A stretch of 30,069 bases of DNA, from assembly GCA_017307285.1 (NCBI GenBank), contig JAFKFI010000127.1, positions 1 through 30,069 on the forward strand. Reading direction: 5' to 3'. Shown one piece after another: positions 18,308 through 26,807 of the stretch (the stretch's first letter is position 1; each line of letters begins with the position of its first letter). Below the pieces are notes generated by a model, which had not been told where the DNA came from, did no database searches, and was given only the letters and a program-made list of their open reading frames with translations. The stretch comes from Alphaproteobacteria bacterium (lineage in GTDB: Bacteria > Pseudomonadota > Alphaproteobacteria > Acetobacterales > Acetobacteraceae). The position numbers were made by a program, and so were the translations under genes.

Positions 18308-18882
18308 TGCGAACGCTCGAGCAAGTCGCGGCCGAAGCACGCCGCTGCACGGTCTGCGCGGCGCATCTGCCGCTCGGGCCGCGCCCGGTGCTGCACGTCT
18401 CCGCCACCGCGCGGCTGCTTATCATCAGCCAGGCGCCGGGCACCAAGGTCCACGAGACGGGGCAGTCGTTCAACGACGCCTCGGGGGACCGCTTGCGCGA
18501 CTGGCTCGGGCTGACGCGCGCGCAGTTCTACGACGTCTCCCGCGTCGCCATCCTGCCGATGGGCATGTGCTATCCCGGCCGCCTGCCGAACGGCGGCGAC
18601 GCGCCGCCTCGCCCGGAATGCGCCAAGCTCTGGCACCCTCGCCTGCTGCCGCTGATGCCACGCATCGAGCTCACCCTGCTCGTCGGAAGCTACGCGCAAG
18701 CCGCCGTGCTCGGTCGCGGCACGATGGCCGAGCGGGTGCGCGACTTTTCCGAATACCTGCCGCGCTACTTCCCCCTGCCGCACCCGTCCTGGCGCACCGT
18801 CGGCTGGCAGCGGCGGAACCCGTGGTTCGGCGAGAGCGTGCTGCCGGAACTGCGCCGGCTTGTGGCGGAACTCGTGGCATAG
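18307..18882 (+). CDS. uracil-DNA glycosylase superfamily protein (family 4/5-like)
   Basis: TGATG overlap with the upstream esterase gene. UDG-like blocks (RLLIISQAPGTKVHETGQSF; C-terminal HPSWRTV). Confidence 0.6.
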   Translation: MRTLEQVAAEARRCTVCAAHLPLGPRPVLHVSATARLLIISQAPGTKVHETGQSFNDASGDRLRDWLGLTRAQFYDVSRVAILPMGMCYPGRLPNGGDAPPRPECAKLWHPRLLPLMPRIELTLLVGSYAQAAVLGRGTMAERVRDFSEYLPRYFPLPHPSWRTVGWQRRNPWFGESVLPELRRLVAELVA

Positions 18883-18883
18883 A

Positions 18884-18938
18884 GGCGGACTGAAGTCCGC
18901 CCTACACCTCCTCCGCGTAGGGCGGACTTCAGTCCCCG
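18884..18938. repeat. REP/MITE-like palindromic element, copy 1: 22-bp arms (GGCGGACTGAAGTCCGCCCTAC) inverted around an 11-bp spacer
   Basis: The arm ggcggactgaagtccgccctac (18884-18905) and its reverse complement (18917-18938) flank an 11-nt spacer. Each arm holds its own sub-palindrome (ggcggact/agtccgcc). A near-identical copy lies at 23388-23443. Confidence 0.7.
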
Positions 18939-20028
18939 GACCGAGCAACGCCAGGCTAGCAGGTTCAGGAATCGCGCGGATTGCCCCAAACAGCCCGTTG
19001 GCCTCGCCGTTGATGCCGTCCGAGAAATAGAGCGTGTTCGGATCGCCGCCCGCCCCGCCGTTGCCGAAGATCAAATCCCAAAGCCCGCCCGGCCTGTTGC
19101 CGCCGAGGTCGAGCGTGATGGTGTCGAGCAGCGCGCCGCTGATCGGGCTGAAAATGTTGATCTCGCTGGCCGCGAAACTGAAATTGCCGACCAGCAAATC
19201 GCCGCCGAAATTGCCGAACCCTCCGGGCGCGAGCGCCACGCCCCACGGCGCGGCAAGCTTGCTGCCGCTCACGATCTGCCGGATGAAGTTCCCGCTGCTG
19301 TCGAACACCGCGACAGCTCCCATCCCCTCCGTCGCGGCGATCTGCGCCGCGCGGCCGGCGGGCGCGTAGGTGACGTAGATGTTGCTGCCGATATTCTGCA
19401 CGTTGAACGGCACCAGGCCGGCGGGAAGATTGGGGTCCTTGAACGCATTGGCGCCGAGGTTGACCGACGCAAACCCGCCATCGAAGACGTCGATGCGGTT
19501 CTGCGCGCCGTTCGCCGCGAAGAGCCGCGCCGAGGCGTTGTCGATGGCGAGCCCGGTGTACAGGGCTCCCGGCGTACCGGCCACGATCTGCGCCGTCGTT
19601 CCGAGACCTCGGTTCCAGGCCGAGATGGTGCCGTTGAGATTGGCAAACAGGAAATTCGCCGGGGCGCCGCCCACCATGAACGCGCCACTGGCGTTATTGA
19701 CCTGGCCGGTCGGTCCTTGTGGGCCGGCCGCGGTCTTCGGAATCGTGACCGTCAGCGGCACCTTCGTGACGCCCCCTGCCGTGACCTGATAGAGCGTACT
19801 CACGTTCGTTCCTTGATCGGAGACCCAGAATGGGCTCGTCGCGCTGTGCGAAACACCCCACGGGTTCCTCAGCGCATCGTCGGTGAGGGCGGCCAGTCCC
19901 GGAACATCCGATACGAGATTGGTCTGCACGAAGGGGCCGGCCTCGGCGCGTGAGGCGAATGTGACGAACACCCCTATGCCAAGCGCCGCCGTCAACGCGG
20001 ATTGCCCGAACCGCATTGCAAATCGCAT
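18931..20028 (-). CDS. secreted beta-propeller (NHL/TIGR03118-like) protein with a PEP-CTERM sorting signal; the 3' end is disrupted and unresolved
   Basis: GGGAGA Shine-Dalgarno site plus ATG at 20028. Signal peptide (MRFAMRFGQSALTAALGIGVFVTFASRAEA). Gly/Asn/Ala-rich repeats (GLWDLIFGNGG). C-terminal IPEPASLALLGPG, after which the frame runs straight into the palindromic element and on, with no stop, to 18148. Confidence 0.7.
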
Positions 20029-20159
20029 GTACCATCTCCCCTGAATCCCGCACGTCGTGTTGCGTCGGCCACCGGCGATGCCGTCGTGTCCGGTAACGAG
20101 ACGCTGGCCGGCGCGAGGTATTCCGCAGAGATCTGTTTCGGCCATGCGATGCCGAAGAA

Positions 20160-20660
20160 TTATCCGTGATGCATCCCACCGAATCCGCCGTTGCCGAAGC
20201 CAGAATGCCTGAATCCATCGTGCCTGAATCCATCGTTCGCAAAGCTGTGGCCAAAATGGTGGAAGTGGTGGAAATGATGGGAGCGGTCCACGAAGACGAA
20301 CCCGCCGCCGAAGCTCAAGCCGATGGGCGGTCCAAGAAACCAGGGATCGTAATATGGATAGTAGAGTGGATAGCCGTAGGGATATGAAACCGGAGCGTAA
20401 ACGGTCTGGAACTGCATCGGCTGGTCCGGCGGCCCTTCGGCAATCCGCCAGCTGCCATCGCTCTGCTGGCAAGCACGACCCACAAGCTGCTGTGGCCGAC
20501 CATCGACCGTCGCCTGCGCGGTGTATTCGCGACACGCTGGATCGTCGGCCGCCACTCTCTCCGTGGCCTGCGAAATAACCGCCTGCGCCGACGGCGGCGG
20601 CGCCTGCACACATCCCGCACATACCAAGGTCGAACTGAGAACGGCGACCAGGATGCGCAT
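20160..20660 (-). CDS. secreted, possibly lipoprotein, His-rich and Gly/Tyr-rich small protein
   Basis: AGGAGG Shine-Dalgarno site plus ATG at 20660. Signal peptide with Cys residues (LSSTLVCAGC). Tyr/Pro-rich segment YPYGYPLYYPYYDPW. HHFHHFHHFGH. DGFRH repeats encoded by a tandem 15-bp duplication (20207-20236). Confidence 0.7.
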   Translation of the reverse strand: MRILVAVLSSTLVCAGCVQAPPPSAQAVISQATERVAADDPACREYTAQATVDGRPQQLVGRACQQSDGSWRIAEGPPDQPMQFQTVYAPVSYPYGYPLYYPYYDPWFLGPPIGLSFGGGFVFVDRSHHFHHFHHFGHSFANDGFRHDGFRHSGFGNGGFGGMHHG

Positions 20661-20840
20661 TGCGTCCTCCTACTTTCGTCCGATGGAGGCATCGGCGCTG
20701 CTCCGATGAGCGCGGCCGTTGCGGCGGCACGCTTTCGCGCCTGCCAACCAGATCGTCGTCGACGCCTGGGCCAGGCGAATATTCCCGACTCGCGAAATCT
20801 CGACCGCAGGATCGCTTGACGTCCGTTTCGCTAGCGCGCA

Positions 20841-20862
20841 CTGTATGAGTGTTCGCATACAG
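20841..20862 (+). promoter_or_regulatory. candidate GntR operator: perfect 7-bp inverted repeat ctgtatg-N8-catacag just upstream of the GntR start
   Basis: ctgtatg (20841-20847) and catacag (20856-20862), 12 nt before the GTG at 20874. A TTGACG -35-like hexamer sits at 20816-20821. Confidence 0.4.
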
Positions 20863-20873
20863 GCAGACTAGCC

Positions 20874-21266
20874 GTGTTGGACAGCCTTCACATCGAGCAA
20901 TCCGGCGTGCCGATCTACGTGCAGATCCGCGACCAGGTGCTGCGAGCGATCGGCGCGGGGCTCGCGCGTCCGGGCGAGCGGATGCCGACGATGCGGCAGG
21001 TCGCAGTGGCGCTGAGGGTCGATCTCAACACGGTACGCCACGCCTACGACGCCCTGGCGCGCGCCGGGGCCATCACCGTGCTGCCGGCGCGGGGAACCTT
21101 CGTCGCCGAGCGTCCGCCGACGCTCGACCCCGAGGCCGCCGCGGCGCGTCTCGACGATTTCGTGCATCAAACGATCGCCCGCGCCGCCGCGAACGGCCTC
21201 GATCCGGCCGAGGTGGCGCGGCGCATCCTGGCAAAAGCCGCGCGAAGGAGAACCGCAGATGGTTGA
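20874..21266 (+). CDS. short GntR-family transcriptional regulator (YtrA-like, HTH plus a short C-terminal region)
   Basis: GntR winged-HTH (PIYVQIRDQVLRAIGAGLARPGERMPTMRQVAVALRVDLNTVRHAYDALARAG). 8-nt overlap with the next gene. Confidence 0.8.
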   Translation: MLDSLHIEQSGVPIYVQIRDQVLRAIGAGLARPGERMPTMRQVAVALRVDLNTVRHAYDALARAGAITVLPARGTFVAERPPTLDPEAAAARLDDFVHQTIARAAANGLDPAEVARRILAKAARRRTADG

Positions 21267-23373
21267 GTTCCTCATGGGCCGTGGCGCCAACGCGCTCGCG
21301 GTGCTGCTGTCGTGCATCGTGCTGCTGATCGCCGCCTTCCTCGGCTGGATTGGATATCGGGACGCAGCACTCGGCGCCTATGTCGGGGCCGGCATCCTGG
21401 TCGTTCTTGCCCTGCTGATCCCGCGCTCGCTGCGCGTGGCCAACCAGTGGGAGCGCGCCATCGTGCTGCGCCTCGGCAAACTGCAGGCGATACGCGGGCC
21501 GGGGTTGTTCTTCATCGTGCCGTTCATCGACACCATCGCCGTGTTCATCGACCAGCGCATCCAGACCACGCAGTTCAACGCCGAGCGCACCCTGACCCGC
21601 GACACCGTGCCGGTGAATGTCGATGCCATCATCTTCTGGCAGGTGCACGACACCGAGCGCGCCGCGCTGGAGATCGCCGACTATCGCCAGGCGATCGGCC
21701 AAGTGGCGCAAACGTCGCTGCGGGAGATGATCGGCGCGACGGAACTGTCGGGACTGCTCTCCGAGCGCAAGAAAGCCGACAAGCTGCTTGGGGAAGTGAT
21801 CGGCACCAAGACGGCGGAATGGGGTGTCGCCGTCATCTCGGTGGAAATCCGCGATGTCGCCATTCCGCCCGGTTTGCAGGACGCGATGAGCCGCAAGGCG
21901 CAGGCCGAGCGCGAGCGGGAAGCGCGCATCATTCTCGGCTCCTCCGAGCAGCAGGTCGCGCAAACCTTCGTCGATGCCGCGCGCATCTACGCGAGCACGC
22001 CCGGCGCGATGCAGCTGCGCGCGATGAATCTCGTCTACGAGGCGACCAAGGAGCGCGGCATGACCATCGTTGTTCCCTCGGCAATGGCCGACAGCATGAA
22101 CGCGGGCGGGCTCGCCGGCTTGCTGAATGCGGCGGGGAAGGTCGCGGCGATCCTGCTGGTGCTAGGTGGGTTCGCGCTTGCGCCAATCGCGGCATGGGCA
22201 CAGGCAGGACCGGTGTTTTCCGACACCGGGCCGAACGCCGACGCCTATGGGGCCGCCGAAGATTATCCGATCCCGCCGAAGGGCAAGCCGGCGACGGCGG
22301 TAACCAAGATCGGCTGGAACAGCCACTACGACCAGCTGACCCCGGTGCGGAGGGTCGCGAAATCCGAAACTCCCTCGCCGCTGAAGCGCGCCGCCGAGGA
22401 AATCCAGCCGAGCTATCCCTATGGCGGGCGCGTCAACACCATCGCCGACTATCTCGACCACAACCCCGTCATGGGCCTGCTCATCGCGCGCGACGACACG
22501 ATCCTGTTCGAGCACTATCAATACGCTCGTACGGACAAGGACCGCTTCCTGTCGTATTCGATGGTCAAGACGATCACCGGTTTGCTGGTCGGCATCGCGG
22601 TGTCGGAAGGTGCCATCCGCTCGATCGACGACACCGCCGCGACCTACGTGCCAGAACTCGCCGGCACCGAATATGGCGCGACGCCGATCCGCGCGCTGCT
22701 GCACATGTCATCGGGGGTCCGGTTCCGCGAGACCTACCAGCCGGGCGACGACATCTTCAAGCTGCAAGGCGCACTGCTGTGGCCCGGCGCAGTGGGCGCG
22801 ATCCCGGCGCTCAAACAGTTCAACACGCGCGACGCCGCGCCCGGCACGCGGTTCTCCTACGCCAGCGCGGAGACCGAGGTGCTCGGCCTCGTGGTCAGCC
22901 ACGCGGTCCACATGACGCTCGCGGACTATCTCAGCGCGCGTATCTGGCAGAAGCTCGGCGCCGAGTCCGACGCGGCCTGGGCGTTCGATCCGACCGGCCA
23001 GGAGGTCGCCTATTGCTGCTTCGTCGCTGTGTTGCGCGACTGGGCGCGGCTCGGGCTGATGCTGGCGCATGACGGGGTGTGGAACGGACAGCAGATCGTC
23101 CCCCGCCAATGGCTCCACGACGCAACGACGATCGCTCCCACCGACGATTACTTGCGACTGAAAACAGCAGGATACGGCTACCAGATTTGGCTCCTGCCGG
23201 GGCAGCGGCGGATGTTCGCGCTGGCGGGCGCCTACGGCCAGGCCGTGCTCGTCGATCCCGATGCCAAGCTGGTCATGGTACAGACAGCGGTGCGGCCCAA
23301 GCCGATCGACCCAGGGTCCAACGAGGGCTTGGCGCTGTGGTACGCCCTAGTGGCGCAGTATGGCGGTCCCTGA
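21259..23373 (+). CDS. in-frame fusion of an SPFH/band-7 (stomatin-like) membrane protein, a TM linker, and a periplasmic serine hydrolase (beta-lactamase/PBP-like) domain
   Basis: Residues 1-290 are stomatin-like (two N-terminal TM helices; RAIVLRLGK; coiled-coil AQAEREREARI; a C-terminus that parallels the end of QmcA). Next comes a hydrophobic VAAILLVLGGFALAPIAAWA. Then a serine-hydrolase domain with SMVKT (the S-x-x-K motif) and YASAE. A single 704-aa ORF with no stop between the domains. Confidence 0.75.
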   Translation: MVEFLMGRGANALAVLLSCIVLLIAAFLGWIGYRDAALGAYVGAGILVVLALLIPRSLRVANQWERAIVLRLGKLQAIRGPGLFFIVPFIDTIAVFIDQRIQTTQFNAERTLTRDTVPVNVDAIIFWQVHDTERAALEIADYRQAIGQVAQTSLREMIGATELSGLLSERKKADKLLGEVIGTKTAEWGVAVISVEIRDVAIPPGLQDAMSRKAQAEREREARIILGSSEQQVAQTFVDAARIYASTPGAMQLRAMNLVYEATKERGMTIVVPSAMADSMNAGGLAGLLNAAGKVAAILLVLGGFALAPIAAWAQAGPVFSDTGPNADAYGAAEDYPIPPKGKPATAVTKIGWNSHYDQLTPVRRVAKSETPSPLKRAAEEIQPSYPYGGRVNTIADYLDHNPVMGLLIARDDTILFEHYQYARTDKDRFLSYSMVKTITGLLVGIAVSEGAIRSIDDTAATYVPELAGTEYGATPIRALLHMSSGVRFRETYQPGDDIFKLQGALLWPGAVGAIPALKQFNTRDAAPGTRFSYASAETEVLGLVVSHAVHMTLADYLSARIWQKLGAESDAAWAFDPTGQEVAYCCFVAVLRDWARLGLMLAHDGVWNGQQIVPRQWLHDATTIAPTDDYLRLKTAGYGYQIWLLPGQRRMFALAGAYGQAVLVDPDAKLVMVQTAVRPKPIDPGSNEGLALWYALVAQYGGP

Positions 23374-23387
23374 CGCGCCTCCCGATG

Positions 23388-23443
23388 GCGGACTGAAGTC
23401 CGCCCTACCAGAACGGACCGGTAGGGCGGAATTCATTCCGCCA
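23388..23443. repeat. REP/MITE-like palindromic element, copy 2 (two substitutions in the distal arm)
   Basis: ggcggactgaagtccgccctac (23388-23409), 11-nt spacer, gtagggcggaattcattccgcc (23422-23443). Sits between convergent genes, 14 nt after one stop and 10 nt before the other. Confidence 0.7.
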
Positions 23444-23453
23444 CCCGCCGCCC

Positions 23454-23864
23454 TCACTCCATCTCCGCCTCGAGTGCCGCGATATCATCGTCGCTGAAGC
23501 CGAAATGATGCGCGATCTCGTGCACCAGCACGTTGCGGACAAGCCGGTATAGGTCCTCGTCGGTCTCGACCCATTCCAGCAGGATCGGCTGGCGGTAGAG
23601 AAAGATCAGGTCCGGCTGGCGGGCGATGTCCTCCACGCTGCGTTGGGTCAACGGTATGCCGGTGTAGAGGCCGGTGAGGTCCCACGGGCTCTCGATGCCG
23701 AGGTCGCGCAGGGTCTCGTCGTCCGGCATCTCCTCGACCGAAATGCCGCAATTCTCGATATGGCGAGCCAGCCGCGCCGGAATCGCGGCGAAGGCGCGCT
23801 CGGCCAGGCCAGCGATATCCTCGGCACTCGGCGGCGTGCCGAAGCGGGACTTTGGATCGCTCAT
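23454..23864 (-). CDS. zincin-like metallopeptidase family protein (DUF1025-type; HExxH)
   Basis: C-terminal [15 protein letters not shown] motif. Small acidic protein of 136 aa. Confidence 0.8.
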   Translation of the reverse strand: MSDPKSRFGTPPSAEDIAGLAERAFAAIPARLARHIENCGISVEEMPDDETLRDLGIESPWDLTGLYTGIPLTQRSVEDIARQPDLIFLYRQPILLEWVETDEDLYRLVRNVLVHEIAHHFGFSDDDIAALEAEME

Positions 23865-23921
23865 GCGCTATCGATGCAGGGCGGCGGGCCGAGGTCAAGC
23901 GTAGCGGCAGGAGGAATTGTC

Positions 23922-24212
23922 ATGGTGCAAAAGCTCACGGATGCCGAACGGGGCAATCTCGGCACCACCGTGCCGGACTGGTTGCCGGTTGCCGGTCGCG
24001 ACGCGATCCAGCGCAGCCTCAAGTTCCGCGACTTCAACGAAGCGTGGGGCTTCATGGCGCGCGTCGCGTTGCTCGCTGAGAAGCACGACCACCACCCGGA
24101 ATGGTCCAACGTGTGGAACCGGGTCGATATCGTCCTGAGCACGCATGACGCCGGCGGCCTCAGCGCGCGCGATGTCAAGCTCGCGCAAGCGATCGACAAG
24201 CTGCTCGCCTGA
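23922..24212 (+). CDS. 4a-hydroxytetrahydrobiopterin (pterin-4a-carbinolamine) dehydratase, PCD/DCoH family
   Basis: AGGAGG Shine-Dalgarno site. Conserved [EDKH]-x(3)-H-[HN]-[PCAS]-x(5,6)-[YW]-x(9)-[HW]-x(8,15)-D signature: [32 protein letters not shown]. 96 aa. Confidence 0.9.
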   Translation: MVQKLTDAERGNLGTTVPDWLPVAGRDAIQRSLKFRDFNEAWGFMARVALLAEKHDHHPEWSNVWNRVDIVLSTHDAGGLSARDVKLAQAIDKLLA

Positions 24213-25834
24213 TGGCGGCCAAGCGCAACATCCTCTGGATCATGTGCGACCAGCTCCGGTTCGACTACCTGAGCTGCTACGGCCATCCACATCTTCAAAC
24301 GCCGCATATCGACGCGCTGGCGGCGCGCGGCGTGCGGTTCAGCCGCGCCTATGTGCAATCGCCGATCTGCGGGCCGTCGCGCATGAGCTTCTATACCGGT
24401 CGCTACATGCGGAGCCACGGCGCCAACTGGAACAACTATCCGCTGCGCGTCGACGAGCCGACCCTGGGCGATGCGCTTAAGCCGCTCGGCGTCCGCTGCG
24501 TGCTGGTCGGCAAGACGCATATGCGGGCCGATGCCGAGGGCATGGCGCGGCTCGGCATCGATCCCGCCTCGCCGCTCGGCGTGCATGTCGCGCAATGCGG
24601 CTTCGAGCCCTACGAGCGCGATGACGGGCTGCACCCCGATCCGCTGCCGCGCCCGCGCTACGACGCCTACCTGCGCGAGCACGGCTTCGCGGCAGCCAAT
24701 CCCTGGGAGCATTGGGCCAATTCCGCCGAGGCGCCGGACGGCTCGCTGCGCAACGGCTGGCTCATGGCAAATGTCGACCAGCCGGCACGGGTGCCGGAGG
24801 AGCATTCCGAGACGACCTACATGACGCGCCGGGCGATGGCGTTCATTGACGAGGCGGCGAGCGACGCGCGGCCCTGGTGCCTGCACCTCTCCTACATCAA
24901 GCCGCATTGGCCGTACATCGCGCCGGCGCCCTATCACGCGATGTATTCCGCCACTGATGTACTGCCCGCCGTCCGCACGGAGGAAGAGCGCGCGCACCCG
25001 CACCCGGTGTATGGCGCCTTCATGCAAACCCGCGCCTCCCGCGCCTTCTCCCGCGAGGAAGTGCGCCAGCGCGTCATTCCCGCCTATATGGGCCTCATCA
25101 AGCAGATCGACGACCAGATCGGCACGCTGGCGCGCTTCCTCGCCGAGCGCGACCTCAGCGAGAGCACGATGGTCGTGTTCACCTCGGACCACGGCGACTA
25201 TCTCGGCGATCATTGGCTGGGCGACAAGGACCTGTTCCACGATTGCTCGGCGCGCATCCCGCTGATCGTCGCCGACCCGTCCGCCGACGCCGACGCGACA
25301 CGCGGCTCGGTATGCGACGCGCTGGTTGAGGCGATCGACCTCGTCCCGAGTTTTGTGTCGTGGTTTGGCGGCACGCCGCAGCCCAACGTGATCGAGGGGC
25401 GCTCGCTGTTGCCTCTGCTCCGTGGCGAGAGCCCGCCGGCTTGGCGAAGCTGCGTGTTCTCGGAATACGACTACGCGATGATGCCGGTGCGGCGCGCGCT
25501 CGGAACGCCGATCGACGGCTCGCGGCTGTTCATGGTGTTCGACGGGCGTTGGAAATACATCCACGCAACCGGCTTCCGGCCGATGCTCTACGATCTGCAC
25601 GACGATCCAGCGGAACTCCGGGATCGTGGCGCCGACCCAGCCTGCGCCGAGGAGCGGGCGCGGCTCAAGGAGGCGTTGCTGGAATGGGCGCTCCGCGACC
25701 ACAACCGCATCACCATGCCGGACGCACGGATCGCCGCCTATGGCGAGGCCGCACAGCTTCGGTCAGGCATTCTCATCGGCTACTGGGACGAAGACGAGCT
25801 ACTCCGCGCACGGGCCGATTTCGGCCTTGGGTAA
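24212..25834 (+). CDS. formylglycine-type sulfatase (arylsulfatase family), apparently cytoplasmic
   Basis: Sulfatase signature C-x-P-S-R (SPICGPSRMSFYTGRY). N-terminal ILWIMCDQLRFD metal-binding block. No signal peptide. TGATG overlap with the PCD gene. Confidence 0.85.
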   Translation: MAAKRNILWIMCDQLRFDYLSCYGHPHLQTPHIDALAARGVRFSRAYVQSPICGPSRMSFYTGRYMRSHGANWNNYPLRVDEPTLGDALKPLGVRCVLVGKTHMRADAEGMARLGIDPASPLGVHVAQCGFEPYERDDGLHPDPLPRPRYDAYLREHGFAAANPWEHWANSAEAPDGSLRNGWLMANVDQPARVPEEHSETTYMTRRAMAFIDEAASDARPWCLHLSYIKPHWPYIAPAPYHAMYSATDVLPAVRTEEERAHPHPVYGAFMQTRASRAFSREEVRQRVIPAYMGLIKQIDDQIGTLARFLAERDLSESTMVVFTSDHGDYLGDHWLGDKDLFHDCSARIPLIVADPSADADATRGSVCDALVEAIDLVPSFVSWFGGTPQPNVIEGRSLLPLLRGESPPAWRSCVFSEYDYAMMPVRRALGTPIDGSRLFMVFDGRWKYIHATGFRPMLYDLHDDPAELRDRGADPACAEERARLKEALLEWALRDHNRITMPDARIAAYGEAAQLRSGILIGYWDEDELLRARADFGLG

Positions 25835-25840
25835 GCGAGA

Positions 25841-26260
25841 TCAGCGCACCAGCGCCTCGGTCAATCGGTCGAGCGTCGTGTTGGCCAGAACCTGGTGCAA
25901 CGCCGCCTCCGCGCCGGCGAACGCCTCCCCGAGCACCGGGCGCACCCGTCGGCCCACCGGGCAGGCCATGTTCGGGCGACGGTGGATCGGCAGCAGGGCC
26001 GCCCCTTGGCCCGCCTGCACGGCGTGCCACACGTCCTCCAGCGTGATCCGGTCGGGCTCGCGCGCGAGCTCAGCGCCACCAGGCCCCCGGCGCACCCGGA
26101 TCAGTCCTGCCCGGGCGAGCTGGCCGGCGATCCGCCGGACCACCACGGGGTTGGTGTTGACGCTGTAGGCCAGACGCAGGCTGGTCGAGCCTCCGCCCGA
26201 TCCCTCCGTCGCCAGGTAGAGAAGGATATGCGTGGCTACGGCGAATCGCGTGGCGACCAT
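25841..26260 (-). CDS. Rrf2-family transcriptional regulator
   Basis: Rrf2 HTH (STSLRLAYSVNTNPVVVRRIAGQLARAGLIRVRRGPGGAELAREP). Probable start is the internal Met (MVATRF...) at 26260 rather than 26329. Confidence 0.75.
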   Translation of the reverse strand: MVATRFAVATHILLYLATEGSGGGSTSLRLAYSVNTNPVVVRRIAGQLARAGLIRVRRGPGGAELAREPDRITLEDVWHAVQAGQGAALLPIHRRPNMACPVGRRVRPVLGEAFAGAEAALHQVLANTTLDRLTEALVR

Positions 26261-26335
26261 GCGCGAATAATGCGAGTCGCCGGCCGCAGTTTCACCCGCG
26301 ATAGGCCGCCGCCGCCATTGGTTGTACAAGACCTC

Positions 26336-26803
26336 GTGGAAAGCAGCTTCCCCGAGATCGCCCTCGCTGTCCGCCGGGGCGCGGCCCGGCTATGCGGCAG
26401 CCTCGCTTGGGCGGCGCTGCACGAGGTGCCGCTGCCGAACGGCCGCCGAGCCGACATTCTCGCCCTCCGCCCGGACGGCGGCTTCGCCTGCATTGAGGTC
26501 AAGTCCGGGCCGCGCGACTTCCTCACCGACGGAAAGTGGCCAGAATACCGCGCCTATTGCGACGCGCTCTACTTCGCCGTGGGCACTGACTTCCCGCTGG
26601 AGCTGCTACCCGAGACGACCGGGCTGATCGTGGCGGACGCGAGGCAGGCGGAGATCCTGCGCGAGGCCCCCACCCATCCCCTCGCCCCTGCGCGGCGGCG
26701 CGCGCTGCTGCACCGCTTCGCCATGCTGGGCGCCGAGCGGCTGGCAGCGTTCGAGGATCCGGTGGGGTTTGCCGCCCGGCGGGTGGCGTTGCGCGTGGAG
26801 TAA
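26336..26803 (+). CDS. MmcB-like (DUF1052) putative DNA-repair protein
   Basis: Conserved core RADILALRPDGGFACIEVKSGPRDFLTDGKWPEYRAYCDALYFAV. Start is uncertain (GTG at 26336 or TTG at 26318). Divergent from the Rrf2 gene. Confidence 0.65.
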   Translation: MESSFPEIALAVRRGAARLCGSLAWAALHEVPLPNGRRADILALRPDGGFACIEVKSGPRDFLTDGKWPEYRAYCDALYFAVGTDFPLELLPETTGLIVADARQAEILREAPTHPLAPARRRALLHRFAMLGAERLAAFEDPVGFAARRVALRVE

Positions 26804-26807
26804 GCGA

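Noticed and set aside
20207-20236. Direct 15-bp tandem repeat considered as a possible CRISPR or VNTR locus
   Set aside because: Only two perfect units with no spacers, and it is in frame inside a coding sequence. It is an intragenic repeat expansion, not CRISPR.
18148-20841. 897-aa minus-strand ORF spanning the esterase, UDG, repeat and PEP-CTERM regions
   Set aside because: It is a composite. Only the 20028-to-18931 portion has a signal peptide, Shine-Dalgarno site and protein-like composition. The rest is stop-free antisense of GC-rich genes, or Arg-rich junk upstream of the real start.
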